DNA of 48,644 nucleotides from Hydrurus foetidus (GCA_900617105.1 UYFQ01000342.1:1-48644); one strand, 5' to 3'. Positions 9,930 to 22,028 are shown, counted from the first letter of the stretch. Made by a program: numbers and translations. Notes: generated from the letters alone by a model not told the origin.

Positions 9930-11384
9930 TTACCCTGGTGTTGTCCCGGCTGAGTGTTGGGAGGAGGGTTGTGTCCCTGCGGGGGTTGTATTTACCCTTA
10001 CCGCCGGACCCACGGCCCTGGTATTGGTTCGCATTGGGGTTTTGATGGCCCCTTTGCTTACCTCTACCACCCCCTGGTTACCCTGGTTACCATAACCAGA
10101 TTGGTTCTGGGAGTTTCCTCCTTGACCCTGGTTGGAACGATCTGAACCATCCGAGGTGTTGGAGTTGTTTCCAGAACCATGGCTGTTCTTGGCGCGCTTG
10201 TTGTCGTTACACATCAAGTAAGGTTTAGAACCTCTGGGGTAGAACTGAACTCGTTCCTCATATCCCGGAAGGACGAGGTTGAGTTGCCATTCAGAGTACC
10301 CCACCGCGGCCCAAGCCATCCCCACTGTAGAACTCTCCCACTCAACTTGGTGATTCGTGTTGGAGTCGGAGTAATACAGTATGGGGCAGTCCGCCAAATT
10401 GTGCGACGCAGCTCCGCACGACCGGCACGGACGAAACATCGGTACGAGCGGTACTTCCGTGGAAGCACGGACAGAGAGTCCGTGCTGCGTCGGAACGTAC
10501 GAGCTAGGAGTACGCACAGTAGCAGTGACTGATCTCGACGAAGCGGATGGTGTAGGTGAGGGTGCTTTAGCACTCGCTCTACTCGTCTCCCTCTTACCAA
10601 CGTCTGGTGGAACTGCTGATGCAGGAAACGAGTACACCGTGTCCGGGTTGCCATAGCTTTTGATGAGGTTCATCATTGCCCTAGCCTCGGCAAGAACCTG
10701 ACCAATGCGTAGCATAGTCGAATACCACGTATGAGGTGGGGAATTGTCAGCAGCTTTCGCTTTCAGGTAATCCTGTTGGATTTGACTACCCTTGGCTAGG
10801 CGCTTCTCCAATATCAATATGAGCTCAGCATGCTGAGTCTCAGATAATGGTCCCTTAGACCTCTCATAAGTGCTCACAAGTTCGTTGTAACGTACGAATG
10901 TGGCATTCTCATGATCGTGGTTAGCGATCTGATAATGGAAAGGAACTTGGCTAAAGCTCTCTGCCAGAGTACATTCTCCCAAACCATTTGGAGAGAAGTA
11001 CTTTATTATCAGTTTGGCTACCTGAAGTACCGACAATTTAGTCTGCCAATCATGGCGTTGTCGTCTATCGATGATGTTAAATTCAGGATCGATCATGATC
11101 CTGAAATTAAGTAACTCGATTGCCTGCTTCTGCATGCAATCGGTCAGCTTCATCAACGGGTACCTCTGAGCCTGTTCGTAGAACTCAGTCGCATCAGCTT
11201 CATCAATGAAGTTATGCCTGAGGACGAACACCTCACCCTGGAGTTGCATCGTCGAGGGGAAAGCTGGGAACAGCGAGTTCGACATTGAGATAGTCGACTC
11301 GTTGAGCGCGGCTAAAGCTGCCTGACGTGCAATCTCCTCTTCGTCCGGATTCGGATCAGGGTTTGGGTTAGGTGGTGATGACAT
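9930..11384 (-). CDS. gag: G2 gag with zinc knuckle
   Basis: CRSCGAASHNLADC and an N/Q/G-rich tail; position downstream of the 5' LTR. Confidence 0.88.
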   Translation of the reverse strand: MSSPPNPNPDPNPDEEEIARQAALAALNESTISMSNSLFPAFPSTMQLQGEVFVLRHNFIDEADATEFYEQAQRYPLMKLTDCMQKQAIELLNFRIMIDPEFNIIDRRQRHDWQTKLSVLQVAKLIIKYFSPNGLGECTLAESFSQVPFHYQIANHDHENATFVRYNELVSTYERSKGPLSETQHAELILILEKRLAKGSQIQQDYLKAKAADNSPPHTWYSTMLRIGQVLAEARAMMNLIKSYGNPDTVYSFPASAVPPDVGKRETSRASAKAPSPTPSASSRSVTATVRTPSSYVPTQHGLSVRASTEVPLVPMFRPCRSCGAASHNLADCPILYYSDSNTNHQVEWESSTVGMAWAAVGYSEWQLNLVLPGYEERVQFYPRGSKPYLMCNDNKRAKNSHGSGNNSNTSDGSDRSNQGQGGNSQNQSGYGNQGNQGVVEVSKGAIKTPMRTNTRAVGPAVRVNTTPAGTQPSSQHSAGTTPG

Positions 11385-11946
11385 GTCTAATCACTTATCG
11401 ATGTAAATCTCACTGAAAGTCAATGGAGATCGATAACCCCTGCTCAGAAAAATTTTTCAAGAGCTTCGCCTCGTTCACAAACGGGTACTGTAACGTCAGT
11501 AACAACGAATGAAGCAATTCTACCCAACTCTTGAACTGAAAAGTTCTATGGCGTGAAAGCCAAATTTAGAGTGGTAGAAAAATTGGGTGCCTGTTAAGGT
11601 CAAAGACGTTGCTCAACGTCGACAAAAAGAAGTCTATAGACTAATCTTATGTCTCTGGTGATGAATCTGTGATTCGATCGACCAGCGGAGCAAGTCTAAA
11701 ATGACTTCTGGGAAGGATAAATCAACTTCGACCAAAATGTCAAGTTTGGAAGAGCCCAATGCACGGGGATTCCAAGAAAGCAGTTACTCTGACTTTCTCT
11801 AACTTAGACTAGGTCTTCTGAGCCAATGGCTGCAGAAGAGAACGGCTCGAAAGTCGTTGAGCAAACGCTCAGAAGTCTTATCTACAGGTTGGGACGAGTA
11901 GACGGAATGAGAGGTAGCAGAGAAAAGAGTGGACTAATAGCGCTAT

Positions 11947-12153
11947 TGTAGTCCAGATAGGAAGTAGGTCGATAGAGGAAAGGTGTTAGTTAGTTACAGG
12001 CTCTAAGCTAGAAGCTAGGATAACTTCTACGAGTAGGCTAGAGCTAGCTAGCAGCTGCGCTAGAGATGTATGTGTACAGTAGGCGGTAGGATCGGATGGA
12101 TCGGGACAAGGTCCGGTACGGCCCGTAGGCCCGGTATAGCCGGTCCGACCACA
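11947..12153 (-). repeat. G2 5' LTR (207 bp)
   Basis: Direct repeat of 5379-5585. Confidence 0.97.
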
Positions 12154-12157
12154 CAGC

Positions 12158-14340
12158 AGTGATAGGTGGGTCATTGTTTGTGTCAGGTGTGTCGAGAGAC
12201 ACCCTCCTGATCTGAGCCGTTAGTTCTGGAATGATGAGAGGGTCGTATGGCACCCTCTGTTCTGCCACTGAGAGTTGGTGTGCCAGAACATCAGGGCAGT
12301 CAACAATTTCTAGTATACAATTGATCGGATACATCGCTGCTAATTGCTTGAGAGTGTCTGTTAGCGTTAGGAGGACATGTTCGGTAGGATGCATAGGTAT
12401 GTTGCTGTCCGGTACTGCGGCCGCTACATTGATGGCTTGCGTGAGATCAGTGACAGCCCCGCAGATAAAATCATGAGGCGATGGGCCAGGAAGTTCTAGG
12501 CCCTGCGAGAACCATGCAAGCGTGTCTGTAACACGAACACTACGTGTGGCCGTTGCCCATACGCAGTAGCATCGGTAGTGTAATTGAACAGGTCCGAGGT
12601 AGTAGCCATGCGTGCCGTGTGGTGCCAATGATCCCCTTGTGTTTGGTTTGTCGTGAATGACGACTTTCGTGCCCGCTGGTGCGATTGGATGAGCTGCAAA
12701 ATCGAATGCCCCGCCGTGTAGTCCAGCATACGCCGAAATACTCGTATTAGATGGATACGGAAGAAGGTGATTAAGGCACAGTTCCGCCTGCGGCAGGAGC
12801 TCGTCCCATAATGCTAGTGGGAAGTCGTGTGCAACAGTGCACAGCGTTGCAATAAAATGATTTTTAAATGTCCGGATGGCTCTCTCTGCCCGAAGAGCTC
12901 GATGTTGATGAGGTGCTCAATATTGGATGCTAATATTATTTGTGCGCGCGAATGTTTCTAATGCATGAAGTGTTTCGTTGTCTAACCTCTGGAATATAGG
13001 CTTTCGTCCCAGTTTTGCGAAAAAGTTGATCGTGCGTTTATCGCAATGTATTCTAAATGGTGTCGTGTGCGCAAGGGCTCCACATGTATATACCCATCTA
13101 AGCCTGACACAATGATATATTGCATACCGGAGAATGATGTGACCGGAAATTTACCAGTTAGATCTGAATGCATCGTGCCGGTCAATGTAAATACGTGAGT
13201 GTATGCGTTGTTATCGATGGAAGTGTCCGGTAGTGGTCGTGCATCGTCGACTTGATCATGAGGGTTTTCTGGAAACAGTGAGATAAATCGCTTCGTTGAC
13301 TTTTGTCCCTGTCTATTTTGGTCAAGGTGTCCTAACGCGGTGGGAATTGTGTGCTGAGGATGCGCTGTTACCAGTGCAGTTGTGAGGCGGGACAGTGATG
13401 GGAGATAATTCGCGCGAATGGCTTGTGTGAATGATGACAATGCCAGACTTCCAAGTGCCGGGTGTATGAAGTGCACGAACGCGCTAGGAGCAGGATTATA
13501 TATAGCTGTAGATGTGAGAGCCTTAGCTGGCGTGTTTGGAAGCTGGATGTGCCATTGATTTGCTGTTTTGCATTACTAGTCTTCCGCCATGTGTAATAGT
13601 AATCTGTTGTCCAGTGAACGTAGCTGTGCAATCAGCATTGCATAGCTCAGCATGCACAGCTCAGAAATGGACAGTAGTGATATTGAAAGGTCTTTGTCCT
13701 GAAAGGTATGGGCTTTAATAGGATGATCGAGGTAAGGAAGATGTAGGTTGCCCACCTTGAATGCTTAAATATGATCACCGTTGGGTAGTTGTACAGTTAA
13801 ATGATCGCTTTGAATATTCTGAAGCATAGAGCTGTCAGAGCGTCGCAGTAGAGTATGCGTCGATCCAGTATCCGCACACGCTGTGTGAGTAGCAGTAAAG
13901 GAGGCAGTGTTGGCTGAAGCAATTTCATTAATAAGGTTGCATCTACCCTTACTGCTGTTCCCTAGGAGCGGGTGCGAGCATTACGCCGTTTTTCACCAGG
14001 TGTAGCTGTTGATCCATCCGCCACCGTGGACGGGGTTGTAGCTTTCAAATGCGCGTCGGTGTATGTGGTATTGTCTGCTAACATTTTGAAGCATGCGCTT
14101 CCGTGATGAGTGTTGTTGTGGCAGTGTAGATAGCAGTAGTGAGTTGGCTTTTTTGTACCGCTGTCCGCTTTTGCATTGTTTGTAACGATGGCGTGAGCGC
14201 CTGTTGTACAGTTCTCGTCAGCAGTGCCGCGAATGCCGGCGATTGGAAATAATCAGATCCTGCGGCTGCTGGGACCACGTTGGCTGTGTATCCTGCGCCA
14301 GCCCAAGAAATTTTGCCTCGCATTGCTGTGCATGTTGATT
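12158..14340 (-). pseudogene. C1 gag (internally deleted), protease and integrase remnants
   Basis: ACADTGSTHTLL (about 13850-13885), MHSDLTGKFPVTS and APHGTHGYYLGP. Gag jumps from PINMHSNARQNF directly to AGYTAN...SPAFAALL, so roughly 250 codons are missing relative to C2. Confidence 0.88.
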
Positions 14341-15525
14341 GGCATTGGTGTTGTCTCAATTTGGGACTGTGAAAATTTAATAACAACTGTTGATTGCGTG
14401 CTGCAATGCTGACGTGTCAAACGAATTGTACTATTCGACGAACATTGTTATTAAGTTATGATCGTGCAGGTGAAGAAGAAAGCATTCACGCAATACTGAT
14501 GGCTACGCTTGGCCGTCGGCAAACAATGAGGTGATTGCATTTCATGCGGTTGTAAGCCGGATGTCCGGCACGCTACCCGATCATGAGCACGGAGACCGAA
14601 GGGAGAGACCGAAAAAAAGCCTACAATTTTTCGTGGTACAACCGCGCGACATCATTGCAACAGCACATTGATTCAAGTCATGTGAAGTCATATTATATCG
14701 AACAATTGAAAACCGAACTTTTCTCATCTTCCTCCACGACACCAACGGCATATTTGATCATCTTTCCGATAGTCATGCCTCTACAGCCTTCATGTACTTG
14801 TCTATAACTTCATCTGAGTGCTTCACACAAGAATGAGGAGTCCATCTCTATGTCGTGTCAAGCACTCAGATGAAGTCATTGTCAAGTGTATGAACACTTT
14901 CGACGCCTTACGATCGGAGATATGTGGTATACAAGCGGACGAAATTTGTCGAGTGCAGGTAAAAGAGTGATCTATTTTATGGGGGCACGAAGTACGAAGG
15001 TCTGTACCCGTCCTGGACGGGGTCGCAATATTTCTTACTACAGTGATCGCGAATTCACTACTTGTATTCAAAATGAGAGGATTACAGAAGAAGATGGTGG
15101 GCATTCTACTTTGTCAACACTAATCTGCTTTTCCTAAATCAAAACTAAATGGTTTTACAAAATGAAGTCGGAGTCGCTACTTTCGCCTGTGCTTTGTCGT
15201 GTTGGGATTAGCCACTGTGTAGTGTGTAGGACAATTCACGGGGACCTTAAAAAGTTTCCCATATAAATTTTGCCATAAAATATGCGGGAAAAGGAAAACT
15301 TTCCCATAAATAGGGGTAGTTTAGGGTAAATTTCGAACCTTATACCATAAAATACTTATACCGTCTCCGACCCTATTATTTATTTTGTTTGAGTGGTGTG
15401 TTGCGTAAACCAACTTTTTTTCCCGAGTGCTATGACGCTCTCGTACTTTCAATCTCATCATAGGAAAGATACGACAGCGATGAAGGCACCACATTTTTCA
15501 CAGGTGACATTTGTGTTTTCGGAAC

Positions 15526-18500
15526 GCCCTCACGAACATTCGAGCTCTTTTTGTGAGAATTGGCCATCAATAGCCAGACATATTCCGAGTTATGGACTTA
15601 ACTTCCGGTTACCATCAGGCACCTATGGATCATGGATCCAAGGTCCTAACTGCGTTCATTTGCTATTGCGGTGTATACCAATTCACCAGACTCCCCTTCG
15701 GTCCTCGGAGAGCCCCCTCTTACTTCCAAGAGATGATGGCGACTATTGTCCTTAATGGACTCATCTACATTTGTTGTGAGATGTACTTAGACGATTGTAT
15801 CGTCTTTGCACGAGGCCAGGACGAGTTCCTGGAGAGACTAGAACGAGTCTTTCGACGTTTTCGTTGTTTTGGTTTACTGCTTAAAGCAAAGAAATGTAGA
15901 TTTGGGATGTCTCAGATCGATTATGTTGGCAGACAGATCTCTTCTCAGGGCATTTCAATGTCCAAACAGAAGATTGAATCTGTCCTAAATTTCCCAAAAC
16001 CCATGACACTTACTTCTTTACGAAGTCTGTTGGGCTTGGCGAACTACTTCAGGAATTTTGTTCCTTTTCACTCCGACATCGTTGCGCCCCTTCAGAGGAT
16101 GATTGACCCTAAAGGGGGAAAGAAGTTTGCCCTTCAGTGGACTACGGAAACAGACAAGGCTTTTGTTCTGATAAGACAAGCCATATCCCGCTGTCCGCTG
16201 CCACACTTCTTAGACGAAGTGTCACCTATCGAGTTATACACCGATGCCTCCGACTATGGAGTAGGTGGAGTATTATTCCAAGTAACTAATTCTGTCAAGA
16301 ATCCGATCTGATTTGTGAGTAAGTCGCTTAGCGAAACACAAGTTAAATGGTCTACCATTCAAAAGAAAGCCTATGCAATTTGTTTTTGCTCTAAACAACT
16401 TGACTCTCTTATAAGAGATAGAAAATTTATCATCCATACGGATCATAAGAACTTGACCTTCTTAGGACAAGACCCATCTGCAATGGTAAATAGATGGTCG
16501 ATGGCTCTCCAAGAGCTCGATTACACTGTGTCCTATATAAGTGGACCCAAGAACTTCATCGCCGATGCACTGTCTCGGTTATGTCCTAACTTAACACAGT
16601 TAGTTCTTCTCGACCCATCTACTAGAGTGGAGGAAATTGATGTTCATATATCAGCTCTGCATGAAGTTGCACCTGTTACCGAGTTACAACTCGAAGTTAT
16701 AGAGATGTGCCATAATGCCATGGTGGGAAATGGAGGCAATGCTCGTACCCTCGATAAACTATGAAGTATAGATGAGGAATGGCTCGACGTGACATCCCAT
16801 GTTAGAGACTTCATCCGCAATTGCGCATGCTGCCAAAAATGAGTGTGATCTATATCCCAGTTCACATTCATAAGTACACAACGTCTACTTATAGACCGTT
16901 TGACGCAGTCAACATCGACTACATTGGTCCGTATCCAGATAATGGATATGTTTTGATAATAATTTGTTCGTTCACAAGATGGACTGAACTTTACTGGTGT
17001 GTTAACAACATTGCACAATGCGCATGTGAATGCCCTCTACAATTCTTCGGTAGATTTGGTGCACCAAGCATGATCCGATCGGATCGTGGATCTCATTTCA
17101 TGAATGAAATCATACGTGAGCTTACAGGGACCCCCCACAACTTAACCTTGGCGTACTCAAAGCAGGAGAATGCTATAGTGGATAGAGTTAATAAGGAAGT
17201 AAAACGACACTTACGTGCGTTTGAATTCCATTCTACAAATCTCGAAGCCTATAGGCTTTGCCTGCCCTTCGTGCAGAGAATTCTCAACAGTTCCGTACAT
17301 TCAAGTACGGGAGCTTCACCAGCTAGCTTGCCGTTGTGAAACCAACTTAACCTTGATAGAGGTATTCTAGTTAGGTTTCCAGATCAAACTCAAATTCCGA
17401 CTCGTTCGTCGAAGGTGATAGCAGATATGCTGCTCATTCAAACGCGACTCAACGATTTAGCAATAAATAACTTGAAGACAACAGACACTAACCGAGTAGC
17501 TATTAATACAGAACCTAGAGCTATATTTCCAACACGTTTGTACGTTCTTACATTCAACCCTAGAGGTGCTGAGACTAGATTACACAGTATGTGGCTGGGC
17601 CGTTTTCTGGTTGTAAGCTATGATAAAAGTGAATACACTATCAAAAATCGAATCACGAAGAAAAATCGTGATGTTCATGCAAGTCAGTTGAAGCCGTTTA
17701 GGTTCAACCCAACTTCGCAATCACCGAATATTTCATTGAAGAGATCTTTCCCATGTTGGGAATAAGAAGAAACCTTCTACAATGAAATTCTATGTCAAAT
17801 GGTTGAATACGATTCAAACCATAGTTCATGGGAACCATGGAAGTCCATGCGCGCCACAGATCAACTTCATATGTATCTGCGCAATAACAACATGTTGAAC
17901 GTAATTCCAAAAGAATTTCGAAATATGACTCCCAATAATAGGGAAGAACCGTGAATGATATCTTTTGAAGATTACTCCTAAAATTTTTACCTCAATCTAT
18001 TGTTTTTTTTACGGAGGTTAGTCAGTACAAATCTGACATTATTATTCACGAGCACACCCACTCGACACACAACCCCCCTTTTCTTTTCACATATTGTATT
18101 TTGTTTTATACAATACTATTGTCTTTTGTACAATATCATTTAATTTCTTTGATTGTTGCCCTTCATTACGAAGCGCTAGATTAGTTACTCTTCCTTCTAA
18201 AGCGTTAGCTTATTTCATAAAGAAACAAGATTTATTATTTTCAGTTCTGAAAAACGTTTTTCACTCTTCCTTCAGAAGCGTTAGTCTACTTGCCCTTCCT
18301 AAAAGCGCTAGCCTAGTTCCTTCATTCTCAAAATTGATGTCAATTTTAGTTGAAATAAGTGGGGGTAGTGTAGCCGTCTGGGGTCCTCGGGACCTCGGGA
18401 CCTTGGACCTTCCGTCTGTTTGGGTAAAAAACGTCTGTTTGGGATTCCGTACCCAAACACACCGTAGACTTCTAGGTAGACTCCTAGCACCTTGTTAGGA

Positions 18501-18589
18501 TGTCTCCGTGCACATCGCACAGTTCAACAACCCCTTCTAGGCCTAACCAACACCTCCTAGCTCTCTAGCCTAGTTCCTTCAGGGCCACA
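15526..18589 (+). mobile_element. 5'-truncated, decayed chromodomain Gypsy element G3 (RT-RH-IN-chromodomain pseudogene, PPT, 3' LTR)
   Basis: MDLTSGYHQ, YLDDC, YTDASDYG and SDRGSHF, with several stops and frameshifts. PPT GAAATAAGTGGGGGTAG at 18352-18368. Confidence 0.92.
18369..18589 (+). repeat. G3 3' LTR (about 221 bp)
   Basis: Follows the PPT; TGTAGCC...GGCCACA ends resemble the other Gypsy LTRs. No partner LTR is present. Confidence 0.7.
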
Positions 18590-18825
18590 TCAGCCATTAC
18601 GTTCTCCCACAGCGACTTTAAAATGCCGTACTTTTTGGTGATCGTTGATGATCTAACTATCTTATCGGCATTAGTAGATTCTAAAATAGCTTGTCTTCCA
18701 AGCAGTATCATGAGTGTGTTGAAAAAGTTTGCACTCTCGCTGTATGGTGCATTATGAAATCGTTCTACCTACTCTTTGTTTGAAACAACTTCGAGTAGGG
18801 CAATTACCTCTTGGACGTCAAACAT
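18590..18825 (-). pseudogene. Possible Myb/SANT-like (trihelix) domain remnant, cut by the G3 LTR
   Basis: Manual translation MFDVQEVIALLEVVSNKE*VERF...FFNTLMILL...RSSTITKKYGILKSLW resembles Harbinger accessory Myb/SANT-like domains. One in-frame stop. Confidence 0.35.
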
Positions 18826-19901
18826 TTTGGAAGCTATGGCAACAATACTACAGCAAGCAACGATCTGTTAGTTGTACAGCAAACAGAGAATTCTGCAAAA
18901 AAACTCTTGCTCAGACATTTGTAACGCAAGCACCAGTTTTCAAGTCTCAATTTTCGAGTTCATTCCAAAATGAACTCGATTTTCGACTCAAATTTCAACG
19001 AAAAAAAGCTTCAAAATTCAAGTGAAAGGCCCTAGTGTAATGCCAATGAGTTTACAGCGAAATCCGGGGATGCATCATATTCTGAGTTGTTTACTTCTGA
19101 GGACAAGCTGTTGGGCGAAAGTCGACCACTCTTCCGCAAAGCTACTAAAGGGTGCACAACCATCACTATTGCGACCGTGAAAGCACAGTATTCTTCCGCG
19201 GGAGACTCCATTTCGGTTCAAAATCTTCAACATTTTGTATGGCAAATTTTAACATGATGGACGACGCAGAAATCTCCGGACAAGGTTCAAATCGTTCTCT
19301 CTAATGCCATGTTGACTAGTTCTTATTGCACAATGAATACAAATTTGTTGAGTAATTCACTAAACTCCCAACCTTGAAATTTCCTGAATTTCAACTGACG
19401 CCGCGCAAAATCAGTTTCAGAAGTGACCTTTACAGTCGGTGATATACGCTCACAGAGCCAGACGAATAAATATCTCAGCTACTCAGGGCACCAAACGGCG
19501 TGAGATGACTCAGCATATTCAGTGAGTTGTGCTGATCCTTTACTAATGAGTTGTGAGACATCAAGTACTATAGGTGGTTGCTTTCGTCGACAAAAAAGGT
19601 TGGATTACCAAAAACAAAATAAATAATAGGGTTGGAGACGGTATGGGAAGATATTTTAGCGTACCCGTGAATACCGTAGTAGCCTCACGAACCCTCTGTT
19701 GGTGTACAACGTGTGAAGGATGTTATCCCCGAAGGGATCGCTCTGATCTCCTGCTGCCTGCAACAACTCAACTCAAACTGTCGCTCACTCGATCCCAGAT
19801 CGAGATCGAAGAACGAACAACTTCATCGATATTGATCCTCAACCTGCAGGTAAAGATACAACCGTAATCAGTCATAGGTCCTTCCTGTCATCGCGCTGAA
19901 G

Positions 19902-22028
19902 ATGAGAACCGGATCTCCAATCGCTCTGGTGGCTCTGCTAGTTGTTTCAGCACTGTCAATAGGCGTCTCTTACCAAAATGGTCGCCGTTACGGTATCGCC
20001 CACCCACAAGCGACAAACTCCGATAAGTCATATAATCTAATCGGCCCTCGATGCACGAAGAAGCTGCAGTCGGCTACCGCGCAAAGTTTGCTAATGAGGG
20101 GAGGCTTCATGAGTTCATATTTGACCAAAACACGAGCAACATTATTGTCATCGCCTTCAAATTTATTCAATGGACTGTTTCTGAGTCTAGCTGCCGTTGC
20201 TCTGGTTTCAAAAGTAGCCGGGGTTCAGTCAAGTAAATCATCGGAATCAAGTCAAAATGCCGAATCAGAGAAACCTGCTGGCGTGAAAGTTCTTCAGGCG
20301 AAATTTCTCACAGTATTTTGGCTTATGCGGATGGCGGACTGGCTTCAGGGTCCTTACTTTTACGAGGTGTACAGTAGCAAAATTATCGGTGGACTTCCAG
20401 TTTCATTAGATCTAGTTTCCAAAATTTTCCTGGTGGGTTTCGCAACAACTGGCATATTCGGTCCATTGCTTGGCAGACTTGTTGACACTGTGGGAAGGAA
20501 AGCAGGAACGCTAGCTTACGCAGCTCTATATGCTATTGGTGCGCTATCAACTCGATCCGCTTTATTGCCCTTGCTATTACTGGGGAGAGTCGCAGGAGGA
20601 TTGGGGACTTCTCTGTTGTTCTCTGCCCCGGAGGCGTGGCTAGTGGGAGAGCACCAGAAGGCGAACTTTGATGGAAAGTGGCTCGGCCAAACATTCGGAT
20701 GGGCCTACGCAGGCGACTCCCTCGTGGCTATCACTGCTGGTCAGCTTGCCTCTCTATCTGCCGCAAAAAGCGGTCCGACTGGTCCTTTTACTTTAAGTCT
20801 GCTCTTCCTTGCACTGGGGAGTTTGATCACCTCATTGAAGTGGAATGAGAATGTCGCGAGTCGTTCCAAAGACGAAGCAGCTGACGGTAGCCAAAAAGAG
20901 GCCAAACCCACAATCGGAGATGCTTGGAACGTGATGAAGGCCGACAAGAGAATCCTATTGCTAGGCGCTGTGCAGTCTCTTTTCGAAGGTATGGATGGGA
21001 AGCATGTAGTAGTGAACTCACCTCATAGACATGAGTGGTTACTCCTCCTTGCTAGGCGCAACTAAGTCGCTAATGTAGGGGAACCACTACTCACCTAATG
21101 GGCTAAATAGAGCTGCTTTGTGTACATGATTGGGAATTGTAATTGTGCTTCAGCCAATGTTACGATATCCGCTGTGAATGTCCCATGTCTGACTGTCGCC
21201 ATCACGTTTTTTCTCTTCCTCTTTTCAGGCGCTATGTACATCTTCGTTCTGCAGTGGCCCCCTGCAATCAAAGCAGCCATCCAGGCCTCACAGTACGGAG
21301 CTGGTTCCTCCATTCCCTTCGGCACTGTGTTCTCCTGCTTCATGGCGAGTTGCTTGTTGGGCTCCACTGCATTCGGTGAGTCAGGAGGAAGAACATTTTA
21401 AATTGAATCGAATCTTCTAATGAGTTTATGTCCTGTCTGCTTCACCACTTATCACTATGCACTTATTACCGCACTAGGCGCTCTGCAGTCTCGCAACGTG
21501 AAGGTAGAGACCAGCACCGCAGCCATGACAGCTGTAGCAGCTACCGCTATGGGGGTAGCCGCCCTCGCTGGTAGCTCCAACCTCGCAGCACTGATAGCGT
21601 CTTTCTTCGCCTTCGAGGCATGTGTAGGCATGTACTTCCCGTCCATCGGAACCCTCCGATCCAAGATCATCCCGGATAGCCACCGCTCAGTCATCATGTA
21701 AGTGCTGGCACCTCCAGCCTACAGTCTACAGTCTACAGTACCTCACTTGACTCGATATGGCGGCCGTTGACATCCTCTAATCCGCCTCTCTCTTTCCTAA
21801 CCTTTGTTCTCTTGTACATCACGTCACCTTACGTCTCTTCTCTTCAGGAACATATACGGGATACCGCTGAACCTCTTGGTTGTGTCTGTGTTCCTGTCCA
21901 TTAAGTCACTAGGAGTTAAGGGTGCTTTGGGCTGCGCCACAGCAGCACTCGCAGTGTCCTCTATCTGCATGAATCTTCTCAACGCTGGTGTGGGGGCGAA
22001 GCAGGGTGAAAGCAAGTCTGTGGCTTGA
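19902..22028 (+). CDS. MFSD5: MFS transporter of the molybdate-anion transporter family (MFSD5/MOT2, DUF791); exons 19902-20988, 21229-21375, 21478-21697, 21848-22028
   Basis: ADWLQGPYFY, GTSLLFSAPEAWL, QSLFEG|AMYIFVLQWPP, FEACVGMYFPSIGTLRS and IM|NIYGIPLN. Three GT-AG introns join in frame. Confidence 0.9.

Larger units (their letters stand above)
5379..12153 (-). mobile_element. Full-length chromodomain Ty3/Gypsy element G2, with 4-bp target duplication CAGC
   Basis: Two 207-bp LTRs identical by eye, CAGC at 5375-5378 and 12154-12157, PPT, and gag-PR-RT-RH-IN-chromodomain order. Confidence 0.97.
4291..14454 (-). mobile_element. Decayed Ty1/Copia element C1 (CoDi-like), interrupted by G2 and by G1
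   Basis: Copia domain order gag-PR-IN-RT on the minus strand, colinear with C2. The LTR starts TGTTGAT at 14388; its far end could not be located. Confidence 0.88.
15237..19669. mobile_element. Putative decayed TIR DNA transposon with CACGGG...CCCGTG ends (possibly CMC/Chapaev-like)
   Basis: Imperfect inverted repeats: CACGGGGACCTTAAAAAGTTTCCCATA vs CACGGGTACGCTAAAATATCTTCCCATA, and ATACCGTCTCC(G/A)ACCCTATTATTTATTTTGTTT at about 15358-15390 and 19612-19644. Flanks AATT/AATA give an imperfect TSD. No transposase was found. Confidence 0.5.

Noticed and set aside
13950..14010. Readthrough stop in C1 equivalent to that in C2
   Set aside because: The region is frameshifted and decayed, and no in-frame TGA-CGG could be placed.
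14583..15137. Short ORFs between C1 and the CACGGG element
   Set aside because: No recognisable motif or convincing exon structure; cannot be supported as a gene.
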